A DNA stretch of 60,626 nt from Pseudomonas virus PBPA162: sequence record NC_070971.1. The stretch is one strand, 5' to 3'. Below the pieces are notes generated by a model. It saw only the letters and a program-made list of their open reading frames with translations. It was not told where the DNA came from and did not search any database. Shown one piece after another: positions 36,986 through 45,137 of the stretch (position 1 is the stretch's first letter; each line of letters opens with the position of its first letter). Position numbers and translations under genes: made by a program.

Positions 36986-37506
36986 TCCAAGGCGCTCTTC
37001 TGGAGTTGTTTCTGGTAGTCGCCGGCACCCTCTTCCCACTTGGTTACGTCAGCAATTTCAGGAACCATAATGACACCGCCACGGTTAGCCAGGTCCGCTT
37101 GGTCGCGGCTGTTGGCGTCCATACCGTACATGGCACCCAGCTTAGTCAGCGCGTTTACACGGGCCGACTGGCTGCTGCCAGGGCCACGGTAGTGCGCTTC
37201 GCGCAGCAAGCCAGCACGGATCATACGCTTGGTCTGCTCTTCCTCGGTATCTGCGTTTTCCGGGTCCGAGATTTCAAGCTTCTTGATGCGTTGCTGAACG
37301 TAGGGCTCTTGAATGAACTTGTCCGCATATGCCGTTGCGAAGCTTGGACCATAGCCACACCGAAGGGCGGCGGCTACCTTGTCGTAGTCCAGCATGTATT
37401 GCTCAACGAAGCGATCACGCGCAAGCCGTTCGGCCGCGCTCAGTTCGCGAGCCATGGCTTCTTCGGACCAGAACGACACGTCGTGTTCTTCTTCGTTGTC
37501 AAACAT
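36982..37506 (-). CDS. Putative terminase small subunit
   Basis: Immediately upstream of terL and translationally coupled to it. RBS GGAGA before the second ATG (37506). Confidence 0.45.
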   Translation of the reverse strand: MFDNEEEHDVSFWSEEAMARELSAAERLARDRFVEQYMLDYDKVAAALRCGYGPSFATAYADKFIQEPYVQQRIKKLEISDPENADTEEEQTKRMIRAGLLREAHYRGPGSSQSARVNALTKLGAMYGMDANSRDQADLANRGGVIMVPEIADVTKWEEGAGDYQKQLQKSALE

Positions 37507-37530
37507 CTTGTTTCTCCGCTCCATAAAACA

Positions 37531-37562
37531 ACGCCCCGACTATAAACTAGAACGGGGCGCCG
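37531..37562 (-). terminator. Hairpin plus U-tract upstream of terS (minus strand)
   Basis: CGCCCCG-N14-CGGGGCG, followed on the minus strand by TTGTTTT. Confidence 0.4.
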
Positions 37563-37571
37563 TTGCAAGCA

Positions 37572-37853
37572 TCATTGAGTTAGGTTCTGTGCCGACTCAA
37601 TAGCTTTGATTAGTTGTGTGTACCTTAATAGGCATCCTTCATATGCAACTTTGTACGCCAGGTAGTTGATAGTGAGGCTTTCACCGTCCACTAACTCAAC
37701 GGTCAATGGGGGCCGGCACGGCGCCATCAATGCCGGGCTTGGGGCCACTGCCACCAACTTCTGAACCACCATCGGTTCCGCACTGCGTTGGCTCGAGCAC
37801 GCAGATAAGAGCGCGATCAATACGAATGCGGTACAACTCTTGAACTTTTTCAT
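37572..37853 (-). CDS. o-spanin (outer-membrane lipoprotein, Rz1-like)
   Basis: Signal peptide plus lipobox LLSAC. Pro-rich. Overlaps the i-spanin gene in another frame. Confidence 0.6.
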   Translation of the reverse strand: MKKFKSCTAFVLIALLSACSSQRSAEPMVVQKLVAVAPSPALMAPCRPPLTVELVDGESLTINYLAYKVAYEGCLLRYTQLIKAIESAQNLTQ

Positions 37854-38199
37854 TGGTCACCTTCAAACTTGAAAGCTGCTGGCGGATGTTGTGGCTACGC
37901 GTATCCAGGGCATTAACTTTGTCCTGTAGATACAAAACGTGTTTGGCATCATCTTTGCGCAGCATGGTAAGAGTTTCAAGTGACTTCTGTGTCATCTCAT
38001 ACGCGGCTTCCGTCAAGGTTAGCCGCTTGGACAACTGTTCCGCGTAGTCCTGGCTGTTGCGAAGCTCCGTTCGCAACTCAGCCCTAGACACGAAAAAAGA
38101 CAGCGCAAGCCCTCCAACTGCGAGAACCAATCCGAGCAAGACATAATTCGCGATTAGACTCTGTTTGTTCCGCAAGAATTGAAAAGCCGCGCTGAACAT
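37696..38199 (-). CDS. i-spanin (Rz-like)
   Basis: N-terminal TM helix followed by a coiled-coil periplasmic domain. The o-spanin gene is partly embedded in it. Confidence 0.55.
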   Translation of the reverse strand: MFSAAFQFLRNKQSLIANYVLLGLVLAVGGLALSFFVSRAELRTELRNSQDYAEQLSKRLTLTEAAYEMTQKSLETLTMLRKDDAKHVLYLQDKVNALDTRSHNIRQQLSSLKVTNEKVQELYRIRIDRALICVLEPTQCGTDGGSEVGGSGPKPGIDGAVPAPIDR

Positions 38200-38203
38200 T
38201 CTG

Positions 38204-38551
38204 TCATTCCTCAGGTTTGGGTTCTTTGCGGATGATCCCTAAGCGTTTGTAGACAACTTTCTCTACAACCACCATGGAGGCTCTTGCACCCAGCCATCCA
38301 AGGACACCCACCACCGCGCCAGTCCATTGGTCACTTAGCCCCATAGCCTGGCAAAGCAACACTACCACAATACCGGTAAAGCCTGCTCCCATTCCTTGCA
38401 CCACAGAACGGGACCATTGAATGCGCCCCTGATCCATGGTACGAAGCAGCTCACCTAGGAAGCCACCGGCGGCTGAAAAGGCTGCGTATCCGGTCAGCTT
38501 CAACCACCACCACCAACCCGGATCGTTAAGCAGCTCAATCATGTTCCGCAT
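38204..38551 (-). CDS. Holin
   Basis: Small protein with 2-3 TM segments and a charged C-terminus, located between the endolysin and spanins. Confidence 0.55.
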   Translation of the reverse strand: MRNMIELLNDPGWWWWLKLTGYAAFSAAGGFLGELLRTMDQGRIQWSRSVVQGMGAGFTGIVVVLLCQAMGLSDQWTGAVVGVLGWLGARASMVVVEKVVYKRLGIIRKEPKPEE

Positions 38552-38642
38552 CCTTCCCCTAGTAGGTACGCCGTCATACTAAACAAAAAGGGGCCTGATG
38601 GCAAGCACTTCGCCAGCAGACCCCTTAACTTTCGACAAACGG

Positions 38643-38984
38643 TTATTTGAAACCGTTGTGCTCCAGGCTGTAATGGTTGCCGTCGTTGAAGCGGCCACCC
38701 CAGGTACCACCCAGGCTTTCCCAGTATTCGCCAAGCGGCTTGTGGTCTTCGCTGCTGGTCAGGAACTTGCCGTCCTTGAACAGGTTGAAGTCCACCGCCA
38801 GCCGGCTCTTGTGGGTACTGGACGCGTGACCGTAGCCTTTCTTAACCCCAACCTCGCCGTGCAAGCGAGGGTCGCGGAAGGCGTCGCCAAAGGTCAGCTC
38901 ATACCCGTTGGTGTACGCGTATTCGATCAGCAAACCGATCATGCGGGTGAAACGACGTTGCTTTTGACCCAGTGTCTCGCTCAT
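38643..38984 (-). CDS. Endolysin, peptidase M15 (L-Ala-D-Glu / VanY-like)
   Basis: RBS AAGGAG. Zn-ligand motifs HGE, SxHxxRLAVD and DGNHY. Confidence 0.7.
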   Translation of the reverse strand: MSETLGQKQRRFTRMIGLLIEYAYTNGYELTFGDAFRDPRLHGEVGVKKGYGHASSTHKSRLAVDFNLFKDGKFLTSSEDHKPLGEYWESLGGTWGGRFNDGNHYSLEHNGFK

Positions 38985-38994
38985 TTCAAGCTCC

Positions 38995-39483
38995 TTAGTT
39001 GGTGGGCTGGAAAGTATGCGGCTCCCAGTTGCCAGAGTCAAGGTAGAGTTCGACGCGGTAGCGGAACCACTTCTTGAAATCGTCGTAGCTGAGGGTAGCC
39101 CGAACACTGACAGTTCCCCGGCTGGGAATCTTGCCGATGTTGCAGATGAGCAGTTGGGTGTTCATAACCACAAGCCAGGGCTTGCGGCTCTGCCGGTAGA
39201 TGACGATCGGTTCGCCGCCGAACTCTTTGGCCGCAACCTGGCATTGGTTCCACCAAGTGTTGACTGCCAAGTTCTCCTGACGTTTGATTTCCAATGCCAG
39301 GTCAAAGGGGTTGCTCAGGTCGGACCCACCGACCGCGCTCTGGTTCTGGTTGCGCTGAATGACCGGCTTATAGACCATCCCCAAGCCACGTTCTTTCAGA
39401 ACCAAAGAAATGATCGCGTTCAAATCGTCCGCAATCTCCCGTTCCCCATTCGCACCCTTCTTCCTGATGTTGATCGACGTCAT
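38995..39483 (-). CDS. Holliday junction resolvase (Hjc/RecU-like PD-(D/E)xK)
   Basis: The N-terminal KKGANGEREIADDL resembles the Hjc KGxxxEREL motif. DL...ALEIKRQE provides the D..ExK catalytic triad. Confidence 0.55.
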   Translation of the reverse strand: MTSINIRKKGANGEREIADDLNAIISLVLKERGLGMVYKPVIQRNQNQSAVGGSDLSNPFDLALEIKRQENLAVNTWWNQCQVAAKEFGGEPIVIYRQSRKPWLVVMNTQLLICNIGKIPSRGTVSVRATLSYDDFKKWFRYRVELYLDSGNWEPHTFQPTN

Positions 39484-39730
39484 TCCGTATCTCCGAATTG
39501 TCACAGGCCGCCATGATTTGGCTACGCTTTGATGCGTCGTTGCCCGGCCCGTAGATAGTTGCTGTAGTAGAGTAGAGCCAAAAGCCCGCAGCCTTGTCCT
39601 TGACGGCCAGGGCAGCGGCCTTTACCTGGGCTTCGCTGACCCCGGAGTCGCGGGCGGCCAACACCTTGTCAATCTGCGCGTCGCCAACCGAACAAATGGC
39701 AGTAGCCAGTACAACCCCGAAAGTAAACAT
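39368..39730 (-). CDS. Possible small secreted protein (overlaps the resolvase by ~116 nt)
   Basis: Signal-peptide-like N-terminus. No clear RBS, and the long same-strand overlap lowers confidence. Confidence 0.25.
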   Translation of the reverse strand: MFTFGVVLATAICSVGDAQIDKVLAARDSGVSEAQVKAAALAVKDKAAGFWLYSTTATIYGPGNDASKRSQIMAACDNSEIRNDVDQHQEEGCEWGTGDCGRFERDHFFGSERTWLGDGL

Positions 39731-39769
39731 GCTGTGCGCCCCGTGTAGCCCTGCTACTGCGTTAAAAAG

Positions 39770-39815
39770 CCCTGGCCTACCCGTAGGTACTGCCAGGGCG
39801 CTTGCACCGCGTGGC
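39770..39815 (-). terminator. Rho-independent terminator (minus strand)
   Basis: GCCCTGGC-N16-GCCAGGGC, followed on the minus strand by TTTTT. Confidence 0.5.
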
Positions 39816-39861
39816 AGCCCAGTATGGGCCGTTTGGCGGCTTGCTGCAATTATAACACTGG

Positions 39862-40551
39862 TTAGTTGAGCGTTACAACCGGTTTCTTGAACATAGCCTG
39901 GAGCTCAGCCGCCAGGTTTTCAGCCCTGCGACCCCTGGTAGCCCAGGAACACGGGCGGCTGAGGGATGTAAGCCAGGCGCAAACCTCGCTCAGGTTGGTC
40001 CAACGAAGCTTTTCGTGGAAAGACCCGCCATCACTGTACAGCACGTTCCAACGGTGATCCGGATGGACCGGGTCTGCGTACGCCACCACAAGAATCATCT
40101 TCTTCTGAGCGTGGAGTTCCACGTAGAAGTCAACCACCACCTTGGTAGCGGCGCACAGCTTGACGTTTTCGATGAAGCGCTCGGGGATTTCGCACGCCTT
40201 GGTGATGCGCCGCATGAACTCCCCTTCGGGACGTGGGGGTTGGTGTGGCGCTACCGGCAACGGCATACCGTCGCGCACCTCGCCTTCCTGGGCTGGCACC
40301 GGCTCTTCGGCCGTAGTCATTTCATCCTTGTGTATGTTGATCCAGCGGCTCAGCGCATCCCGGGCCTCGGTAATGTCCTTGAGCTTGCTCTTGCCGCCAG
40401 TGCGCTCGCCGCAAAGCAGAATTTTCTTGGAAGCATGGTGCAGAGCCCCGGACGGGTCTTGCAGATTGAACATTTTGTGCACCATGTACACATCAATCTC
40501 GCTCACCCCTTCCGGGACGGGTTTGAAGTACTTGCGGTAAGGCTTGTTCAT
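39862..40551 (-). CDS. DUF3310-domain protein
   Basis: The N-terminal KYF...SEIDVYMV...ALHHASKKILLCGERTGGKSKLKDITEARDAL matches the DUF3310 pattern. Confidence 0.5.
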   Translation of the reverse strand: MNKPYRKYFKPVPEGVSEIDVYMVHKMFNLQDPSGALHHASKKILLCGERTGGKSKLKDITEARDALSRWINIHKDEMTTAEEPVPAQEGEVRDGMPLPVAPHQPPRPEGEFMRRITKACEIPERFIENVKLCAATKVVVDFYVELHAQKKMILVVAYADPVHPDHRWNVLYSDGGSFHEKLRWTNLSEVCAWLTSLSRPCSWATRGRRAENLAAELQAMFKKPVVTLN

Positions 40552-40799
40552 TTTGCCTCCTCGGCGGATTGGACGCGTTTTTTCAGCAGGGCTAGAACTT
40601 CCTCGTACTCCGGCCAGTCACTTTCGATGACAATAGCCTTGAAGTCGGGGTTGGCGCCGCGTTGCGCACGACACATTCCCTGGATTTGGGCCAGTTTGTC
40701 AAGGGAACGCACCAGACTTTCCGCAACTTCCGGCGAAGTTTCGCGCAAACGGTCCAATTCAGCGAGTTTGAAGAGAAAATAGCGGTTTTCCAGGCTCAT
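40548..40799 (-). CDS. Hypothetical protein
   Basis: RBS GGAGA before the ATG at 40799. Confidence 0.4.
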   Translation of the reverse strand: MSLENRYFLFKLAELDRLRETSPEVAESLVRSLDKLAQIQGMCRAQRGANPDFKAIVIESDWPEYEEVLALLKKRVQSAEEAK

Positions 40800-40800
40800 A

Positions 40801-41136
40801 TCATTCTCCGTAAGGGGTTGACACCATGGGAATGGCATCTTCCATGGGGTTTTTGGGCTCGAGCACTTCATACCAGCCACCAACAGCCGTACCGCCGAGG
40901 ATTGCACTCATGAGGTACTTGTAGTTGTCGCCCAGGGTGCTGCCCGGAACCACAATGGCCAGCTTACGGATGCCGACGCGCGTCTCGTTTGCCGCATACT
41001 CGCCAAAAATGCGCAAACGCGCTTCGTCATCCACGATCAGATCCGCGATGCGGAAGCCAACTGGCAGCCGCACAGCAAAGGTCTGGCCCAGTTCAAGATA
41101 GCTTATGTCTACGTTAAATATCTGGAACTTGTTCAT
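40801..41136 (-). CDS. Hypothetical protein
   Basis: RBS AAGGAG before the ATG at 41136. Confidence 0.4.
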   Translation of the reverse strand: MNKFQIFNVDISYLELGQTFAVRLPVGFRIADLIVDDEARLRIFGEYAANETRVGIRKLAIVVPGSTLGDNYKYLMSAILGGTAVGGWYEVLEPKNPMEDAIPMVSTPYGE

Positions 41137-41140
41137 GTGG

Positions 41141-42013
41141 TTACTCCTTACCCTGCTGGGCGTTGTACTCTTCGATGGCTTCTGCGTACGGAACCAGATT
41201 AAGCTCCAGGTATACGAACGGACGCATATCTTCCTTGCCCATCCACATACGCCCGCCAACCGCCCGCACAGCCTTGCCGCTAACGGGGTTTTCGCCAACC
41301 TCGAACAGGTTGCGCGGAGTCTGTTCCTCCAGGCAAAAGCCCTGGTAAACCTTGCCAGGCTCCAGTTCGTCAAATTGCAGGTAAGTGCGCTTTTTGGTCT
41401 GGTCAACCTTGGCCGCTGTAACGGTAGCCTTGTTGAAGTGGTTACGCACTACCTGCAAAGCTTCCATCGCGCACGAAGCCTGGACACGGTAGTAGCCCAG
41501 GCCTTCCTGCCTTGTGTGGAGACCGTTACCAAGGAACGCATATTCGGTCAGCCAGGCGTAATCCCCGCCATCAGGTTTGACGTAGTACACCTCATTGCCC
41601 TGGCCAGGCGTACATTGGGGGTTGGCGATCTCAGGATTGCGCTCCGATTTTGCAACCGGTTGATGGCTGAGGTGCATGAGCGGCCTTTCCTGCCCACACA
41701 TAACCACAAGGGCGGCTGGCTGGGTTGCCGACGGACGCTCTTGGGTGAATCCAACGGTCTGTACCCACTCGGCACGAATGCATACGTCACGATCGGACGA
41801 CACCCGCACCAATTCCCTGTGCACAGGTGCAGGCGTACCGTCGTCGTGGTAGGTGATGCTCAGATCATAGCGAAGGCCTGGTTCCATGGTACGTCGCTCG
41901 GCATACACAGCAGCGATGTTTCCGGGGATGTGGTTCAAGTTGACAGGAGCGGTGAGATCCGCAACCTGATGATAAACACCAATGACGCAAGACGGACGTT
42001 CAGATTGACTCAT
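41141..42013 (-). CDS. Hypothetical protein
   Basis: RBS AAGGA. 290 aa. Confidence 0.5.
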   Translation of the reverse strand: MSQSERPSCVIGVYHQVADLTAPVNLNHIPGNIAAVYAERRTMEPGLRYDLSITYHDDGTPAPVHRELVRVSSDRDVCIRAEWVQTVGFTQERPSATQPAALVVMCGQERPLMHLSHQPVAKSERNPEIANPQCTPGQGNEVYYVKPDGGDYAWLTEYAFLGNGLHTRQEGLGYYRVQASCAMEALQVVRNHFNKATVTAAKVDQTKKRTYLQFDELEPGKVYQGFCLEEQTPRNLFEVGENPVSGKAVRAVGGRMWMGKEDMRPFVYLELNLVPYAEAIEEYNAQQGKE

Positions 42014-42166
42014 GGTTAGTTCCTTACAGGTGTGAGATGAATGAAAATTACCCGGCGACTATATTTTGAGGGTGGCCGCACCGGTACGCCCTTCTTTTAG
42101 GGGTACCCCAGGGGGTGGCTGACCTTTAGCCCCCAGGTGGGGGCCTGGCCTCGGCCCGCTAGTGCA

Positions 42167-42283
42167 TCATTCTTTGCGTTTTGTTCCGCAATGACCGCAC
42201 CACTTGGACCCCTGGTGTACGAACCAGCGGTGCTTGCTGGTGCCGCCGTTGATGGCTCCGCACTTGTGGCATACCTGCTTCAT
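42167..42283 (-). CDS. Small zinc-ribbon protein (38 aa, CxxC...CxxC)
   Basis: RBS AAGGGGA before the ATG at 42283. Translates to MKQVCHKCGAINGGTSKHRWFVHQGSKWCGHCGTKRKE. Confidence 0.35.
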   Translation of the reverse strand: MKQVCHKCGAINGGTSKHRWFVHQGSKWCGHCGTKRKE

Positions 42284-42296
42284 GATGCTGCTCCCC

Positions 42297-42395
42297 TTAG
42301 ACCAGGGCCGGCACGATGGCCGCCATTGCTACCACAGCGCCTGCTGCCAGGGCCACCATTGCTACCGCGTACTCTACTGCCGCTTGGTTCCACAT
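42297..42395 (-). CDS. Small hydrophobic peptide (32 aa)
   Basis: RBS GGAG 9 nt before the ATG at 42395. Translates to MWNQAAVEYAVAMVALAAGAVVAMAAIVPALV. Confidence 0.3.
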   Translation of the reverse strand: MWNQAAVEYAVAMVALAAGAVVAMAAIVPALV

Positions 42396-42429
42396 GATGT
42401 TTACTCCGTTGTTGGTTGGTATGGGAGCC

Positions 42430-42459
42430 ATTGTACAGGCGTTAGCTACACCCGTGCAA
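42430..42459 (-). promoter_or_regulatory. Leftward sigma70-like promoter TTGCAC-N18-TACAAT, preceded by AAAAAAGGGGG
   Basis: On the minus strand, the -35 hexamer is at 42459-42454 and the -10 at 42435-42430. It drives the small genes and the late block. Confidence 0.45.
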
Positions 42460-42483
42460 CCCCCTTTTTTGAAATACTTCACG

Positions 42484-42699
42484 TCACCAGGGACGTGCCG
42501 GTGCCTGGCACAGCGGCTCCCACAAATGCGGAGCGACGGCGCTGATGTAGTTGTACAGCATGTGGGCCAGCAGCAGACCAGCCTGACCCTGGGCAATACG
42601 TGCCAAAAGCGCTGTCTGCCGCTCGCACGCCTGCCCTTGCACCATGGCGCTAACCGCCAGGCTGAACTCCATCATGGTTACGGCTTTTATGTCTTGCAT
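42484..42699 (-). CDS. Possible small protein (71 aa)
   Basis: RBS GAGGGG 8 nt before the ATG at 42699. Alternative + strand ORFs look like Ala-rich shadows. Confidence 0.3.
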   Translation of the reverse strand: MQDIKAVTMMEFSLAVSAMVQGQACERQTALLARIAQGQAGLLLAHMLYNYISAVAPHLWEPLCQAPARPW

Positions 42700-42879
42700 G
42701 GGTGGTACCCCTCTGTTGTGTAGGCCTGCATTGTACCCATCCGCTCCAGCCAAAAACAAGGCCTTTTTACCCTGGCCGGTGCCCTTCCCTGGTAACCACG
42801 TCCAACCCTCCGCCAAGGCGTCCAAAACAGGCCTAAAACAGCCCAAAAACAGCGTTTGGATGCACCATCTAACACTCTG

Positions 42880-43560
42880 CTGCAAATACCCTAAAAATAG
42901 CCAAAAACTTTTTATTATTTTCCGTTTTATATCCAAAAAGGGGTTTAGCACTTTTTATTATTTTGCAAAATTGGGGTGTTTTTTCTAACGGGCGTTATTT
43001 ACCAATCCTTACTATGAGGGGGCGTTAAAAAGAACGGGCGTTATTTACTAGATTGGTAAGAAAATGGTAAACGGCAAAATTGGCAGCAAGCCCTAGTAAC
43101 CATAGTGTTTACAGTAAAATAAAATTAAGTACCGTAAGGGAGCTAGGGTAGGGTGGTAAAAGGGGTTTAGCAGTTTTTTTAAAAAAGTGAAAAACCCGTT
43201 TTTACCCCCCCCCTTTTACTACCTTACCATTTACTACCCCCCCCCTATTTGGGGTTTTGCATTAAATATTATTTTATTGCTTAGACTTACCAAAATAATA
43301 TTATTCTCTGCCTTACTTTGCCCTGGTATTTGCGCCTGGTTTGCCTGGGTTGTGTGGACGTACGTGTTGGGTGTTTGTGGGTGTTATGTGCTGGTATGTG
43401 CCTGGTTTTGCTCTTCCCAGGGAAACATGCCTTAAAACGGCCTGGCGTGGCCCTGGTGCGTTGGCACGGCCAACCCGGTACCTAGGCATACCCTTTGGCC
43501 TAAACGTTGCGCTACGGCGCTATTTGGTGCCTTGCTGGCGTGCTATGCCTGGTGCCTACC
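42880..43560. repeat. Non-coding iteron region: AT-rich direct repeats, C9/C10 tracts and a GCCTGG iteron block
   Basis: AAAAGGGGTTTAGCA twice, AACGGGCGTTATTTAC twice, TTTTTATTATTTT twice, poly-C runs at ~43204 and ~43236, and at least 7 copies of (T)GCCTGG(T) between 43320 and 43560. Confidence 0.55.
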
Positions 43561-43619
43561 TGTGGTTATGTTGTCCTATGGGCTTTGCGGGGCGCGGGCG
43601 TATAAAGGCGGTTAGGGTG

Positions 43620-43648
43620 TTGACGGGCATCCAAGGCCTGGGTACTAT
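43620..43648 (+). promoter_or_regulatory. First rightward early promoter TTGACG-N17-TACTAT
   Basis: Hexamers at 43620-43625 and 43643-43648. The gene with RBS GAGGTG starts at 43700. Confidence 0.45.
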
Positions 43649-43699
43649 GGCTGCCACTGGGTTGCACGGTGCGGCCTGGGTTAACCACAGAGGTGAACT

Positions 43700-44050
43700 A
43701 TGCAACATACTGAACGTGAAAGCCTGCGGGCTGTGGCGGCCATGGTGGACCAGGCTATCGAGAAGTGCATCGCGGACATGCGTCCTTTCAGCCTGCTGCC
43801 GGTAAGCAAGCTCGACGCTGTGACCTACATGTTTGACGCGCCTGGTGCTGCCTGGCGCACTGTGGTTACCAGGGAGCAGCGCGTAGCGGCCAGGGGCGTT
43901 ACCAGGGAGCTGGCAACCAAGCGCCTGATGGTCGGCCTGGTGGGTGCTGCGGCCCAGGCTGTGCTCATCAGTAACGCCTACACGCCACGCCAGGCGCAGT
44001 ACGCGGCCAGCCAGGCGGCTTGGGCGCGGCGCTGGTTGGTTACGCTCTAG
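43700..44050 (+). CDS. Early hypothetical protein
   Basis: RBS GAGGTG. Confidence 0.5.
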   Translation: MQHTERESLRAVAAMVDQAIEKCIADMRPFSLLPVSKLDAVTYMFDAPGAAWRTVVTREQRVAARGVTRELATKRLMVGLVGAAAQAVLISNAYTPRQAQYAASQAAWARRWLVTL

Positions 44051-44086
44051 TGGAATAGAAAGGGCGCTGCTAGTTCCAAACATGTA

Positions 44087-44115
44087 TTGGATGCAATCGG
44101 CGGCACCCGTATAAT
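44087..44115 (+). promoter_or_regulatory. Promoter TTGGAT-N17-TATAAT
   Basis: Consensus -10. A conserved ATAATGG.CCAC.TCA motif downstream is shared with the promoter at 45440. Confidence 0.5.
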
Positions 44116-44153
44116 GGGCCACATCAACCACACAAACACAGCAGGTACATCAA

Positions 44154-44738
44154 ATGGCTAACATCACCCACACCAACCACACCAACATCGCTACCCAGTT
44201 CTGGACCCTGTACGCTGCGGACATCATGGTACGCGTCGAGGCCCAGCGGGCCGAGGAAGAGCGCGCCCTGCGTGCCAACCTCAGCAATGTCGACCACTAC
44301 ACCATCGAGGACTTGCAGGGCGTCATCGCCTTCCACGAGCAGAATGGCCGCACCCGCCGCGCCAACATCGCCCGCGTCATGCTGGCCCAGCGCCTTGCCC
44401 AGGTGGACGACACCATGCACAAGCTGGTCGACCTGTATACCACCTGGGCCACCGGCGATGACCAGGAACTGGTTGACCTGGCCCTGCAAAACATCACCAA
44501 GTACACTGCCGTCCTGCTGGCCGACAAGGAGAAGGCCTCCAAAGCAGAAGCCATCGACGGGCTCAACCTGGCCGCCAGCTACCTGGCACGCCACGGCTAC
44601 GAAGCCAAGGTTCAGGTTGAGGCAATGCGGGTAATTGTCAAGGACCCGGTGCGGTCCAACGGCCAGGTGGTTTCGCATAACCACGTAAGCATGCGTGCCC
44701 TGCACCAGGCAATCCGCTTTGTCCAGGAGCGCTCGTAA
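44154..44738 (+). CDS. Early hypothetical protein
   Basis: 194-aa ORF after the promoter. Confidence 0.5.
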   Translation: MANITHTNHTNIATQFWTLYAADIMVRVEAQRAEEERALRANLSNVDHYTIEDLQGVIAFHEQNGRTRRANIARVMLAQRLAQVDDTMHKLVDLYTTWATGDDQELVDLALQNITKYTAVLLADKEKASKAEAIDGLNLAASYLARHGYEAKVQVEAMRVIVKDPVRSNGQVVSHNHVSMRALHQAIRFVQERS

Positions 44739-44772
44739 GAGCGCTTCACACCTGTTACCCGGGAGCCCAGCC

Positions 44773-45135
44773 ATGAACCAACTTGCAGAAACCATCAAAC
44801 TTGGCATGTTGCGTGCATTGCAGACGGAGCAACTGCGTCACATGTGCGTTCACGTAATGGCCGTAGCCGACCACCGCGGAATCAGCTACACCAACGCGTT
44901 CAACTTCATGTACTGGGTTGAACGCACCATCGGCCCCTACAAGGATGCTATGCAGTATCTGTGCCAACATCACCCGGACTTGGAGATGGAGCGTCGCAAG
45001 CTGTTCGGTACAGACGAGGAGCGCCGGCGACCCATCTTCTACACCCCCTGGCGCATGACCTTGCACAAAAAGCTGGCCCTGTACTGGTGCAACCTGTACG
45101 TCTGGGCTTATTACGATTTGGTCAAAAGGGTTTAG
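44773..45135 (+). CDS. Early protein, paralog A of a tandem pair
   Basis: RBS GGGAG. It shares its N-terminus and the C-terminal WCNLYVWAYYDLVK motif with the next gene. Confidence 0.5.
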   Translation: MNQLAETIKLGMLRALQTEQLRHMCVHVMAVADHRGISYTNAFNFMYWVERTIGPYKDAMQYLCQHHPDLEMERRKLFGTDEERRRPIFYTPWRMTLHKKLALYWCNLYVWAYYDLVKRV

Positions 45136-45137
45136 TT

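Noticed and set aside
42316-42723. 135-aa plus-strand ORF in the control region
   Set aside because: It has an Ala/Thr-rich composition and no RBS. The minus-strand micro-genes, which do have RBSs, explain the region better.
42880-43320. Possible CRISPR array or tRNA genes in the AT-rich repeat region
   Set aside because: The repeats are irregular in length and spacing, so this is not a CRISPR repeat-spacer architecture. No cloverleaf-compatible sequence with GTTC/TTCGA-type arms was recognised by eye.
43187-43805. ORFs 43187..43435 and 43341..43805 spanning the poly-C and GCCTGG repeats
   Set aside because: They are translations of low-complexity repeat DNA without RBSs. The second overlaps the RBS-supported early gene at 43700 in another frame.
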